Positions 41,728 to 51,464 of a stretch of 64,000 nt of DNA are shown piece by piece. Each line of letters starts with the position of its first letter. Within the stretch, counting starts at the first letter, position 1. Both the position numbers and the translations under genes were made by a program. A model generated the notes under the pieces. That model searched no databases and had not been told where the DNA came from. It saw only the letters and a program-made list of their open reading frames with translations. The stretch is from Candidatus Pacearchaeota archaeon (lineage in GTDB: Archaea > Nanobdellota > Nanobdellia > Pacearchaeales > GW2011-AR1). Where the stretch lies: NCBI GenBank assembly GCA_018304105.1, contig JAGVWX010000019.1:1411-65410 (forward strand), given 5' to 3'.

Positions 41728-43495
41728 TAGCAATCTCAAACAAGGAGTGAAAGGAATTTTTAGCAGCACGTTTTGGCAGCTTGTCGTGGTTTATACTGCG
41801 CTAGTTGTGCTGATTTCATTCAGCTTGTTTTGGAAGTATACTCTACACTTTGAGCTATTTGCGGTTGTGATTGCGGTGATTGGAGCCATGGCATTGTATC
41901 ATAGTGAGGACGATGAAAAAGAGAAGCTGGACAAGCACCTGCATTACATGCTTTTGGCGCTTGGGATTTTAATTGTTTTGACTTTTAGAATGATTCCTTA
42001 TCTTAACGGAAATACAATTCCTCTTGGATATGATGCCGGAATTTACAAATACGGAATTGAGAGCTTTTCTGCCCAGGGATTTGGTGTTGATGATTGGGTT
42101 AAGAGTGCGATGTCTCCGGGATTTTTGTATCTGCTTGTGCCTCTTTTGAAAATGGGAGTTTCAAGCGAATTTATTTTGACATGGGCTTTTATTTTCTTTG
42201 GAGTTTTGCTTGGAGTTTCAATTTACTTTGCGGGGAAGGCTTACTTTGGAAACAGAACTGCTGTGATTGCGTTGCTTTTGTATGCGGTTTCAGCGATTCA
42301 GTTTAAGGTTTTCACTTATATGTATTACAAGAACGTTATAGCGCTCGCGTTTTTGTTTTTTGCACTGTATTTTCTTAAGCGGAACGAGGATTTTCGTGCT
42401 TCTGTTTTCTCTGGTGCCCACTCCGTTCATAAGCAAAGGGTTTCTGTTGTTAGTGCCCACCCTCCCGCCCTGAAACGTGATGGTAATGATAATAGTTATT
42501 CCGAGTCTGGTGGGGCAGGGAAATGGGAGAGCGAGAGCAAGAGTGGAGAAGGAACGGAAAGGCTAAAAGGATGGAACTTTTACAGATTCTTCTTCATTGT
42601 GTTTGGTGTGCTTGTTGGAATCATGCATTTGCCGACTTTCTTTATTTTTGGAGTGGCGTATGTGCTGTTTATATTTTATAATAGAAAGAATTTTGGGAAG
42701 AAGTTTGTTGACGGAGCACTTATTCTCGGATTGACGCTTCTGCTTTATGTTGGGTTTTGGAACGAGGCGATTTTGCCTTTGATTAAACCTGTGGCGGAGA
42801 GTTTTGTTGAGCCTGGAACTGCGCCCGGAACTTTTATTTCGTTTTTTGTTTATCAGTTTTCAACGCTTTACATTCTGCCATTTGCGATTCTGGGTTTTGC
42901 GCATCTGTTGTGGCAGAGGAAGTTTGACATGCTGTTTTTCTTGACGCTTGTCACAGGGATTATTGTCTATTTCCAGTTTTTCTTTTTTAACAGGTTTATT
43001 ATTCATCTGGATGTGTTCTTGATTGTTCTGGCTGCTTCGGCGTTTTCGCTGATGATTGCAAATTCTAAGAAACTGGGAATTGCGATTTTGGTTTTGATGC
43101 TTGTGTCTTCGGGTTATGTGGCGTTTCAGGATTCTGTGAATGCAAAGCCCTTGATAACAGAAGAAAGCTTGAATTTGATTAAGATGATTAATTTGAATGT
43201 TGAAGGCGACGCAAGAATTATGGTTGTTTCTTCAGAGTATTCGCCTTGGGTGCTGGCTTACTCAAACAGAGGGACGATTGCGCCTGGGCTGTTTGAGGAA
43301 AATAAATGGACTCAAGCTGACTGGGAGAAGTTTTGGAATAGCAATAGTACAGACGAGACTAAATCTTTAATGAGCGTTTATCCGAAGGGAGAACAGGTTT
43401 ATATTTTTGTCGGAACCAAAAGCTTTAACAATCCATGTTTCAGTGAATTTTTATCTAATGGAAGTAGTAAACTCCTGAGGTATAACTGTGAGTGA
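41708..43495 (+). CDS. polytopic membrane protein, possible GT-C glycosyltransferase, carrying an in-frame repeat insertion
   Basis: 595 aa with more than 10 TM helices and a C-terminal soluble domain. The loop at about 42390-42570 contains the C-rich box gcccaccctcccgccc. Function is inferred from context only. Confidence 0.55.
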   Translation: MSDERSNSNLKQGVKGIFSSTFWQLVVVYTALVVLISFSLFWKYTLHFELFAVVIAVIGAMALYHSEDDEKEKLDKHLHYMLLALGILIVLTFRMIPYLNGNTIPLGYDAGIYKYGIESFSAQGFGVDDWVKSAMSPGFLYLLVPLLKMGVSSEFILTWAFIFFGVLLGVSIYFAGKAYFGNRTAVIALLLYAVSAIQFKVFTYMYYKNVIALAFLFFALYFLKRNEDFRASVFSGAHSVHKQRVSVVSAHPPALKRDGNDNSYSESGGAGKWESESKSGEGTERLKGWNFYRFFFIVFGVLVGIMHLPTFFIFGVAYVLFIFYNRKNFGKKFVDGALILGLTLLLYVGFWNEAILPLIKPVAESFVEPGTAPGTFISFFVYQFSTLYILPFAILGFAHLLWQRKFDMLFFLTLVTGIIVYFQFFFFNRFIIHLDVFLIVLAASAFSLMIANSKKLGIAILVLMLVSSGYVAFQDSVNAKPLITEESLNLIKMINLNVEGDARIMVVSSEYSPWVLAYSNRGTIAPGLFEENKWTQADWEKFWNSNSTDETKSLMSVYPKGEQVYIFVGTKSFNNPCFSEFLSNGSSKLLRYNCE

Positions 43496-45158
43496 ACCTA
43501 AAGATTATAGAGAGAAGAACTGGGACGAGAAGTTTGAGCAGTGGAAACACAAAAGAGAGAACGAGAAATCTAAATCTGAAGATGGTGCCCACCCTCTAGC
43601 TCTAAATAGTTTTGGTAGAGAAATTAAAGAGAGCGTCGAAAGGATAGAGAAAAGTGCTGAAAAGACAGTTGAAGAAGTTGAAGAAGAAATTAAAGAAGTT
43701 GAAAAAGGAATCAAAGAGTATGAGAAAAGCAGGCCTCGGCATGTTAAAGTTTTTAGATTCCTTGCGGTTTTGATTCCTGTTTTGATTGTTCTGTATTTGA
43801 TTAGCGCGAATTTTCTTGTTGCGCAGGATTTTGAGTATACTTATAACCTTGGAGAAAGCGGGGAAAATTATCTGACGCCTGCTGAAAGGGTTTCGCAATC
43901 GGCGAGCGACAATGGAGTTTCGTACAAGAATTTGACTGGCGGTTTAGTTTATTTTGATGTGCCGATTGCGCGGGGCGCGGAGAATGTAAACGTTGAAGTT
44001 AAATTCAAAGATAACTTTCCCGAGAACGCGAAGCTTAGCCTTGGGGCGAGAGATCAGGAGGAATGGCATTATCTTTACAAGGGATTGTATAATCCTTTAA
44101 TTGATTTGGGGAGTTATGAACACAAAGGAAGGGTTTATCGATTGAATGACAATTTGCCTTTGGTTGACGAAGTTGGATTGGAAAATCTTGACGGAGTTAC
44201 TATTGCAAGCGAGGATTTTACGCCAACAATGAACAAGGTAGATGACTATGAAAATAGCGAGATAGAAATTAACGTGACTTTGAGAGGGAAGCACGTGTTT
44301 TACATTTACGCTTCGCAGGAACTGGAAGTTGAAGTAGAGAAGAGGGATATTAATTGGTATGAAGGGAGCGACGAGTTGTTTATTATGCTGTATGATTCGG
44401 ATGGGGTGCTGGTTGAGATGACACAGATTGGAGATGATGGAGTTGTTGATGCGAGCAAGGCTTTGGGAAAGAAGCAGAAAATTGTTTTGAAGGCAAGCGG
44501 ATTGAACGAGGGAGTTTACAGGCTTGAGCTGAGCGATTTTGACGGACTGGTTACGAATCTTAAGATAAATTCGAACAAGGTAGTTGCGGAGAAAGTTTTC
44601 CTGGCAGATAATGAGATTTACGGAGCTGAAACGAAGGAAAGCAAATTGTATTTTGATTACACTAAGAATGTGACTTTAAAATTAACAACTTATCATAAAG
44701 AAGGGCTGCAGAAAATTCTTTTCAATCATGGGGGAAATGTTGAAGGTTTTAGCTTTGATGTTGAAGATGCAGCTGTTTACAAGAAAGTTGCGGAGGGAAA
44801 TTATGAAGTGACATTCACAAAGAATGATATTGTTATTGAAAGCCCCGAGTATTTTGCTTTTACGCCGAGCGGATATTTCAGGCCGTTCAGGCAGAAAGTT
44901 GTTTCAGTCAGTTCGCCAGAATGGGTGATGGACAGCGCGGATTATTTGATTACAGATTATGCCGTGCCGCAGAAGGAGGGGGATTGGATTATCGCCTCGA
45001 CGGATTTTGATATTGCCAAGGAGAATTTGTTTGTGACTGAGAAGGGAATTTTAAGCTTTGTGTTTAACACGCCGCATTTGGCTGAAGCTGGAAGCAATTA
45101 TACGATTCCTGTTGATTGGATAAAAATAAAAGTGCACAAGCCGGGAGTGTTTGGATAA
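43488..45158 (+). CDS. single-pass membrane protein with large extracytoplasmic domain
   Basis: 556 aa. Charged N-terminal coil, one TM (FLAVLIPVLIVLYLISANFLV), then a beta-rich domain. 8-nt overlap with the upstream gene. Confidence 0.6.
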   Translation: MSEPKDYREKNWDEKFEQWKHKRENEKSKSEDGAHPLALNSFGREIKESVERIEKSAEKTVEEVEEEIKEVEKGIKEYEKSRPRHVKVFRFLAVLIPVLIVLYLISANFLVAQDFEYTYNLGESGENYLTPAERVSQSASDNGVSYKNLTGGLVYFDVPIARGAENVNVEVKFKDNFPENAKLSLGARDQEEWHYLYKGLYNPLIDLGSYEHKGRVYRLNDNLPLVDEVGLENLDGVTIASEDFTPTMNKVDDYENSEIEINVTLRGKHVFYIYASQELEVEVEKRDINWYEGSDELFIMLYDSDGVLVEMTQIGDDGVVDASKALGKKQKIVLKASGLNEGVYRLELSDFDGLVTNLKINSNKVVAEKVFLADNEIYGAETKESKLYFDYTKNVTLKLTTYHKEGLQKILFNHGGNVEGFSFDVEDAAVYKKVAEGNYEVTFTKNDIVIESPEYFAFTPSGYFRPFRQKVVSVSSPEWVMDSADYLITDYAVPQKEGDWIIASTDFDIAKENLFVTEKGILSFVFNTPHLAEAGSNYTIPVDWIKIKVHKPGVFG

Positions 45159-45538
45159 TGAAACTGTTTAAAGGACATCATGCTGAACTTGTAAATCATA
45201 TCTTTCAAACGTTGTTGGTTACGTATTTAGTTTTGTTGCTGATTGAACAATTGTGGGAAGGAGTTGTGAGCGTTTACCTGAATTTGAATTATCTTTTGAT
45301 TGCGGTTATTGTTGCGGGGATTGTGGATGTTTTTTCGGAAGTTCCCTACAAGATGCATGAACGCGTAAAGACAAAAAATTATTGGTTTGTTTTTGCACTT
45401 GGAATTTTAGGATTTTTCATTATTAAGTTTAAGACTTCAAGCCTTGGATGGCTGAGCTGGGTGATTTCTTTGATAGCTGGAGTTTTGATTATTTTACTTT
45501 CGATGCTTGTTTTGGAGGAAGAAGATGAAAGGCATTAG
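45158..45538 (+). CDS. small integral membrane protein
   Basis: 126 aa from the ATG at 45158, which overlaps the previous TAA by 1 nt. Four hydrophobic helices. Confidence 0.55.
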   Translation: MKLFKGHHAELVNHIFQTLLVTYLVLLLIEQLWEGVVSVYLNLNYLLIAVIVAGIVDVFSEVPYKMHERVKTKNYWFVFALGILGFFIIKFKTSSLGWLSWVISLIAGVLIILLSMLVLEEEDERH

Positions 45539-45905
45539 CTGGATTTTTGGAGGAATTGCAGTTTTTATCGTGCTGGAAGTTGTTACGGTAATTCTCGGGG
45601 TTGCGACGGAGATGACTTATCTTGAAAGCTTTAGGGTTATTTTTGGGAGCGTGTATGTTTTGTTTGTGCCCGGACTGGTCTGGAGCTTTGTGTTTTTTCC
45701 TTTTGGGGAAAAGAAAGTAGACATTATTGAAAGAATTGCGCTTTCGTTTGCACTGAGCATTGCAATTGTTCCGTTGGCTGTTTTCTATTTGAATCTAATT
45801 GGACTGAAGATTTCGGCGTGGAGCAGTTTTCTTGTTGTTCTGGTTTTGATTATTGCCGGGTTGTCGGTTGTAATTTTGAGACGGAAGCGCCGTGTTTTTG
45901 AATAA
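45507..45905 (+). CDS. small integral membrane protein
   Basis: 132 aa with four hydrophobic helices and a basic C-terminus RRKRR. Last gene of the 40.6-45.9 kb membrane operon. Confidence 0.55.
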   Translation: MFWRKKMKGISWIFGGIAVFIVLEVVTVILGVATEMTYLESFRVIFGSVYVLFVPGLVWSFVFFPFGEKKVDIIERIALSFALSIAIVPLAVFYLNLIGLKISAWSSFLVVLVLIIAGLSVVILRRKRRVFE

Positions 45906-48900
45906 GATGGGCAAGTTCTGTTTTCCAGAGAAGAATTATTATTGTAAATCCCAGGATAGTCGCGAGAGTCACTGCAGAGATTAAAAATATACGGTCCAAC
46001 GAGGTAGATTGTTTTTCGGTTATTTGTTCAGTGTCGTTAAGTAGTTCCGAAGTGTTTGATGGCTGCTCCCCGGAAATGCATTCTAGCGTTGTGAGCGGTT
46101 TATTTGTTTTGATGGTGCAATTTTTGCTGTCTGCGCATGTTCTTGTTTTTTGATTGAACGAACTGCATTCTGTCCATTCTGTGCATGTCCAGTTTGAAAT
46201 GCAGGCTGAGGTTCCTCCAGGACTGTCATTGTCATCCCCATCATCGCCGCCATCTGAAGGACAGCTTCCACAATCTGCTGAACACGAAGAGCAACTTTCT
46301 CCGTTGTTGCAAGAGCCGTCGCCACAAAATTCTATTCTTGTGACATTCGTCGTTGCGTTTGCTTCATTTGTATAGCTTGAATCTCCGATGGCATTATAGG
46401 CTTTGATTCTATAAAAATAAGTTGTGTTAGATTTGAGATTTTCATCAACTAAAACTTCTATATTCTGATTCGTTACAGTTATTTCACTATATATTTCTGT
46501 TTCATTTTTTCTTTCTATTTTGAAACCATCTTCATTGTCGCTGTTATCAGTCCAGTTCAAAGTTAACGATTGATTGGTTTCATTGAAAACATTTAAATCT
46601 GAAGGAGCCAACGGCGCTGTCAATGGCGGGCTTCCTGTTTCTATAATTGTGTAAGATGAAAAATGCGAGACAAAAACCTTGACATATTCGCTAGTTCTTT
46701 CTTCAACAACGCAAACTGGAGGAAAACACTCATCGCCGTTATCTTTCAAAATTTTTGGCGAGTAATAAGTTCCGTAGAAATAAATTTCCGCGCTCTTGTT
46801 GAATTGCGAGTACGCATACGCAGATGTATTTACTGAAATGCTCGTATCGTTTATCTCGAATACTTTGCTAAGATTTAATGGTTCTTCAATATTGAAATAA
46901 CAGCATTCCGAATAAGAATTGCCAGAATAACGTTCATAAATTTTAACTAAGGAAATGTTATTTAAATATTTAACACGAGTTTTTTGGTTAAGCGAGAGAT
47001 TAAAATCGACTGAGCGCAGGTCAACAAAATTATCTAATGCCGGAACGTCAAAATTTTCTGTTAACGGCCTAATTGTGTCAAAGAGCGTGACGTTGCTCCA
47101 ATTAACGTAATAGTCGTCCCAGCTTCCTTCCTTGGAGCCCAAATTAAAGTAGTCGTCTTTTCCTAATAAACATGTAGAAGAAGGTTCATCAATTCCATCC
47201 TTGTCATCGTCTTTGCAAATCGAGGAGCAATAATCGGCACAATCGAAATCATCGCAATCGACTAATTCATCTCCGTCGTTATCTACGCTATCGCCACAAT
47301 ATTTTTCTTTTTCATATTCGCAAAGAACTGGTGAAACTTTATACAAAAAGTATCCTGGCGGCGCCGCAATCTGATTGCCGATTATTTTTCCATCGCAGTT
47401 TTTATATGCACATTTTGAAACTCCTGCTGGTGGAACAATACTCTCACATTGAGTTTCGCAAACATTTCCGCAAGAGTTACCGCAATCAACTCCAGTCTCA
47501 TCGCCATTCCGACATTTATCGTCACATGCAGAAGTTTCACAATCAGGGTCTTGCTCATGTGAACAACGCGGCGAACAAAAACCATTACAACCATCAGAAT
47601 GACACTGCTCTAGAACATCGGGAATTTTGTTTGCATTAAAATCGTCAAGAGAACTAATATTGAATTTGTAAATATTTCCGCCGACGCTGATTCCGAAAGA
47701 GCCGTTTCCGAAAGCAACCACGCCCCCAACTTCACCGTAAAAGTTGTAGTAAGAATAACTCGCTCCAGAGTCTACGGGCATTACTTGTTCGTAGAGCCAC
47801 TCGCCGCTTTTTGTATAAATTTGCGCGCGGCGGCTGTAAGGGTCGGATACAAAAGTTAAATTTAATTCTGAATCAACCGCAATCGAATATGGATAAATGA
47901 ATTGTCCTTGTCCATATCCTTTTTCGCCCCAAGAGCGCAGGAAATTTCCATTTTTATCAAACACTTGAATTCTGTGATTTCCCGCATCAGCGACGTATAA
48001 CTCGCTGTTTTTATCTACCGCTAGCGTTTGAGGAAATTCAAATTTTCCGTTTGCTTTTCCGCGTGAGCCGATAGCTCTTAACAAGATTGGAAAACCATTG
48101 GCGTCAAACGATGTAGCGTCGTAAACTCTGATTCTGTGGTTCATTGAATCAGAGACGTAAAGCAGCGCATTTGTTTCATCAATCGCGAGCCCCATAGGAA
48201 ATAGAAAGCCGCCTTTTTGAGGCAGGGTAATTGTGAGTGTCGGAACAGTAATTCCGTTTTTAGTGATAGTTGGTTTGTAATGTATGGTCTGGTTTCTCAT
48301 GCTTTGATTAAACACTTGGACTCTTCCGGAATAAGTTGCAAACGCTGCGCCATATCCCGCTATGTAATCTGCAACATAAACTTTTCCGCGAATATTGTCT
48401 ACTGCGACAGCGCTAGGCAATAATAAATAGTCCCAATAGTTTCCCCAGACATCTTGAACATTATAAAAGTCAGTTTCATTGCGAATTAATACTTTTTCAA
48501 GAACTGTTGCTGGCTGATAAAGATAATTGTCTTTGTCTAAAGCCATCTGCCCACCGAAATGTCTTCCATAAGGCGAGCTGTAAGTTACAGAAAGAGTCCA
48601 GCTGTTATTCAAGGGGCGCATAGAGAAAACATCAGAATTAATAGCAGGATAGCTTAGTGAGACATTAATTCTCTGCGCCGGATTCTCATCGAAGTTTCCG
48701 TTAGTATATGCGTAAATTTTTCCCGGCGTTTCTATAAATATAATCGCGTTTCCGTTTTCCAAGAAAGTCATTTCTGCGACTTTGTATTCTGCACTTTCTC
48801 TCGAGAATAGAACTTCCGAAGAAGACCAAACGTCGTTGTCTTTTTTTATCAGATAAATATTACTATCATTTGATTTTTTGTAAACTAACCAAATTGAGCC

Positions 48901-50106
48901 TGAAGAATTTACTTCAGCGGAGAAAGAAGTTATTTCTGAATGTAATAATTCTTGATTTGACCAAGATGACGAAACGAGATTGTAAGATGTTTCGTAAATT
49001 GCAGAATTCCAATTTGTAATGTAAGAAATTCCCTCATTAGTTAAGCCAAAAAAATCTTCCGGAAAATGATTAACATTTGTGGAGATAAAAGGAATATTAA
49101 AAGAGCCGCCAGAAACGTCAGTGCATTCTCCAAAATCTGAAGGAACCCAGCTTCCATTCCATAACTGCCATTGGTCTGGAAAGTCAAGCGAATAGCGCGC
49201 GGCGCACACTATTTTTTTATTAGGATAAAGTTGAATATTAACATCAAAAAGAACAATATAAGACCTGTCATCTGGAAGGTAAATGATTCTTGGCTGGTAA
49301 ACAGAAAAAGTTTCATTGTATGGTGTTTCATTAAAAACAATTGAGGAACGAGCGCTTAAATCAGATGACCAAATGTTTCCTTCTGCTCCGTTCCAAACTT
49401 TCCAAGTTAAATCGTTTTCTGAATAAACATATTTGGCAGCGGCGATTCTACTGACTCCGTTTATGCCGTCAGTATCAAAGGCAGCAACTGCGATAAGAGT
49501 ATCATTTCCATTTGTTGCAATGTCGCCGCCATGCTGGGCGTAAGCAGAAATAAGCGGGGCGCTTGAATATTCTCCATAAGTGCTTGTTCCGTTTTTACGC
49601 GTGAAATTCTCGCCATTAAACATAAACGGGCGCAGCGCGTCGTGTGTATCAAGAGTTATGCTTAAGGTTTTTGTAATTCCAGAATAAATTCCCATGATAT
49701 TTTTTGACGCTGCAAACTTCAGTGGTTTCAGGAATACTATATTCTCGACAAAAGTCATTGGCTTTGGCAATGCTGCGTTGTTTGTCCAACCGCCATCTGA
49801 TAAAACTTCCCAATTTCCCGAAGACAAATTAAATCTATGAATTTCCTGCATTGAAGATTGACCTGCGCCATAGATAAACATGTAAGTTGTTTCGTTAATG
49901 GTAATCGGGCTGATTTTTACATCAAATGGATAGTTTTGTATTGGGATTAAATTAATCATGTTGGCTGAGTTCATAATGGTCCATTCTCCATCTGGACCGA
50001 GCATGGGGGAGGCTCTAGGGGTTTTCAAGATTGTTGCAAAAGTTGCTGTCATGCAAACGAGAATAAAAATAGTGAACAGAATCTTGGTTTTCTTTTTTAA
50101 GGGCAT
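45850..50106 (-). CDS. giant multidomain surface protein (beta-propeller-like region, NHL repeats, Cys-rich and Ca-binding-like modules, FN3, TSP1-like module, C-terminal TM anchor)
   Basis: 1418 aa. Signal peptide. NHL-type repeats (YVSDSMNHRIRVYD, YVADAGNHRIQVFDKNGNFLRSWG). Cys-rich block. DNDGDELVDCDDFDC. FN3-like APSDLNVFNETNQSLTLNWTD...YFYRIKAYN. CGDGSCNNGESCSSCSADCGSCP. CISNWTCTEWTECSSFNQKTRTCADSKNC. TM helix near the C-terminus. Confidence 0.8.
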   Translation of the reverse strand: MPLKKKTKILFTIFILVCMTATFATILKTPRASPMLGPDGEWTIMNSANMINLIPIQNYPFDVKISPITINETTYMFIYGAGQSSMQEIHRFNLSSGNWEVLSDGGWTNNAALPKPMTFVENIVFLKPLKFAASKNIMGIYSGITKTLSITLDTHDALRPFMFNGENFTRKNGTSTYGEYSSAPLISAYAQHGGDIATNGNDTLIAVAAFDTDGINGVSRIAAAKYVYSENDLTWKVWNGAEGNIWSSDLSARSSIVFNETPYNETFSVYQPRIIYLPDDRSYIVLFDVNIQLYPNKKIVCAARYSLDFPDQWQLWNGSWVPSDFGECTDVSGGSFNIPFISTNVNHFPEDFFGLTNEGISYITNWNSAIYETSYNLVSSSWSNQELLHSEITSFSAEVNSSGSIWLVYKKSNDSNIYLIKKDNDVWSSSEVLFSRESAEYKVAEMTFLENGNAIIFIETPGKIYAYTNGNFDENPAQRINVSLSYPAINSDVFSMRPLNNSWTLSVTYSSPYGRHFGGQMALDKDNYLYQPATVLEKVLIRNETDFYNVQDVWGNYWDYLLLPSAVAVDNIRGKVYVADYIAGYGAAFATYSGRVQVFNQSMRNQTIHYKPTITKNGITVPTLTITLPQKGGFLFPMGLAIDETNALLYVSDSMNHRIRVYDATSFDANGFPILLRAIGSRGKANGKFEFPQTLAVDKNSELYVADAGNHRIQVFDKNGNFLRSWGEKGYGQGQFIYPYSIAVDSELNLTFVSDPYSRRAQIYTKSGEWLYEQVMPVDSGASYSYYNFYGEVGGVVAFGNGSFGISVGGNIYKFNISSLDDFNANKIPDVLEQCHSDGCNGFCSPRCSHEQDPDCETSACDDKCRNGDETGVDCGNSCGNVCETQCESIVPPAGVSKCAYKNCDGKIIGNQIAAPPGYFLYKVSPVLCEYEKEKYCGDSVDNDGDELVDCDDFDCADYCSSICKDDDKDGIDEPSSTCLLGKDDYFNLGSKEGSWDDYYVNWSNVTLFDTIRPLTENFDVPALDNFVDLRSVDFNLSLNQKTRVKYLNNISLVKIYERYSGNSYSECCYFNIEEPLNLSKVFEINDTSISVNTSAYAYSQFNKSAEIYFYGTYYSPKILKDNGDECFPPVCVVEERTSEYVKVFVSHFSSYTIIETGSPPLTAPLAPSDLNVFNETNQSLTLNWTDNSDNEDGFKIERKNETEIYSEITVTNQNIEVLVDENLKSNTTYFYRIKAYNAIGDSSYTNEANATTNVTRIEFCGDGSCNNGESCSSCSADCGSCPSDGGDDGDDNDSPGGTSACISNWTCTEWTECSSFNQKTRTCADSKNCTIKTNKPLTTLECISGEQPSNTSELLNDTEQITEKQSTSLDRIFLISAVTLATILGFTIIILLWKTELAHLIQKHGASVSKLQPTTRQ

Positions 50107-50175
50107 CTTTAAGGTAGGGTTTTATGATTTATAATATTACTTATTGGTTGATATTGCTTTAGATATTTAATAATC

Positions 50176-51153
50176 TTATTCGCGTTCGTCTTCAGTTTGG
50201 GATTGAAATTTTTTCTCTGAAAAGGCATTGGCCCTTTCTGGAACTTCATTATCTTCTTCGGTCTCTTGATCTTTTTTGTAGGAATCTTCCTGCTGTTGTT
50301 CTAATAAATCTTTTTGCATCTCTATTTCTGCTTCTCTTTTCATTTGCTCTAGTTCTGCTGCGAATTTTTTATTGTGGGTTTCTTTCATCCAGACGTAGAT
50401 TTCTTCAAGGTGCTTTTCTTGTTCGAGAAGGACTTTGTGCTGGGTGTCGAGATGCAGAAGCGGAACGAAATGATTGATTCTTTCTTCTTTGATGCCGTGT
50501 TTGTCTCCGAGAAGTTCGGTGAAGGTTACAGGGCGCTCTCTTTCAGGGGTGAAGAAACTTTTTAGTTTGCCATAGACGTTTTTCACTAAGTCTTTAAGAT
50601 TAATTGTTCCTTTTGGGATGGCAATTGCGGTTTCGATTTCCTGTTGTTTTGCTGTGACGACTTTCTGGATTCTGCGGTTTTCGGTTGTGACTGCCTTGCC
50701 CAACGCGGAGAGCAATTCCTGAAGAGAAACTTTTCTATGCCTTGGAAGAGGAGTTCTTTGAACTAAATCTGGAATGTCCTCTTCAAGTTCAATACGCTCT
50801 TGCTCGTAGCGTTTTTCTTCTTTTTTCCCGAAAAGTACATCGTCCAAGGAAGGGAGGTCTTGGTTTAGAATAATTTCTGATTTAATTCTTAAAAGAAGGG
50901 CTGCGGCGAAAAGAACTTTTGATGACACGAAGAGATTTGCTTCTTCGAATTGGCGGATTTTTCCCAGGTATTTGTTTGTCAGAACGACAAGGTCAATGTC
51001 CCATGGGTCAAGTTGTTCGGAATTGATTAAATCTAAGATGATTGCCTGCCAACTAAGCTGGTCGCCGAATAAGAGGCCGTGAATTTGCTCCTGCCCGACT
51101 TTGTCTTTTTTTTGAACGATTATTTGTTCTGTCTTTGAAGATTCAGAATCCAT
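50176..51153 (-). CDS. scpA: segregation and condensation protein A (kleisin)
   Basis: 325 aa. LDPWDIDLVVLTNKYL and VLFAAALLLRIKSEIIL match the ScpA N-terminal pattern. Acidic C-terminus. Confidence 0.75.
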   Translation of the reverse strand: MDSESSKTEQIIVQKKDKVGQEQIHGLLFGDQLSWQAIILDLINSEQLDPWDIDLVVLTNKYLGKIRQFEEANLFVSSKVLFAAALLLRIKSEIILNQDLPSLDDVLFGKKEEKRYEQERIELEEDIPDLVQRTPLPRHRKVSLQELLSALGKAVTTENRRIQKVVTAKQQEIETAIAIPKGTINLKDLVKNVYGKLKSFFTPERERPVTFTELLGDKHGIKEERINHFVPLLHLDTQHKVLLEQEKHLEEIYVWMKETHNKKFAAELEQMKREAEIEMQKDLLEQQQEDSYKKDQETEEDNEVPERANAFSEKKFQSQTEDERE

Positions 51154-51387
51154 CTTTAGTCTTAGAAAAGTGGATTTAAATTAGTTTTGATTGTTCATAT
51201 ATGTTGAAAGTCTTTTTATGAATTGTTTGCTACTCGCGATCACACTCGCGAATTAATTGATATACTGCTCGTGCAATGCGCTCGCCCACCCTCCCTGCTC
51301 CCGACCTGGCTCGTAAATAATTTTTAGAATACTCTCGCTAAGTCGCTCGCCCAGACAGTTTCGACTTGAAATTAATAAATCATTGTC

Positions 51388-51464
51388 GCGCGCCGCAATT
51401 GGACGCCCGTTAGTGAAGCTGGCGTCTTGATTATTTGGCTCATTTCGTTCGCCTTGCGGCGCGC
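51388..51464. repeat. 77-nt structured dispersed element (11-bp outer stem, inner hairpin)
   Basis: gcgcgccgcaa (51388-51398) and ttgcggcgcgc (51454-51464) are perfect complements. Inner hairpin gacgcc (51402-51407) / ggcgtc (51421-51426), then ttgattatttggctca. Confidence 0.8.

Noticed and set aside
51388-51464. The 77-nt element with a strong terminal stem might be a tRNA or tRNA-like gene.
   Set aside because: No D-loop GG and no T-loop TTCRANY. The internal structure is a single long hairpin plus an unpaired tail, not a cloverleaf.
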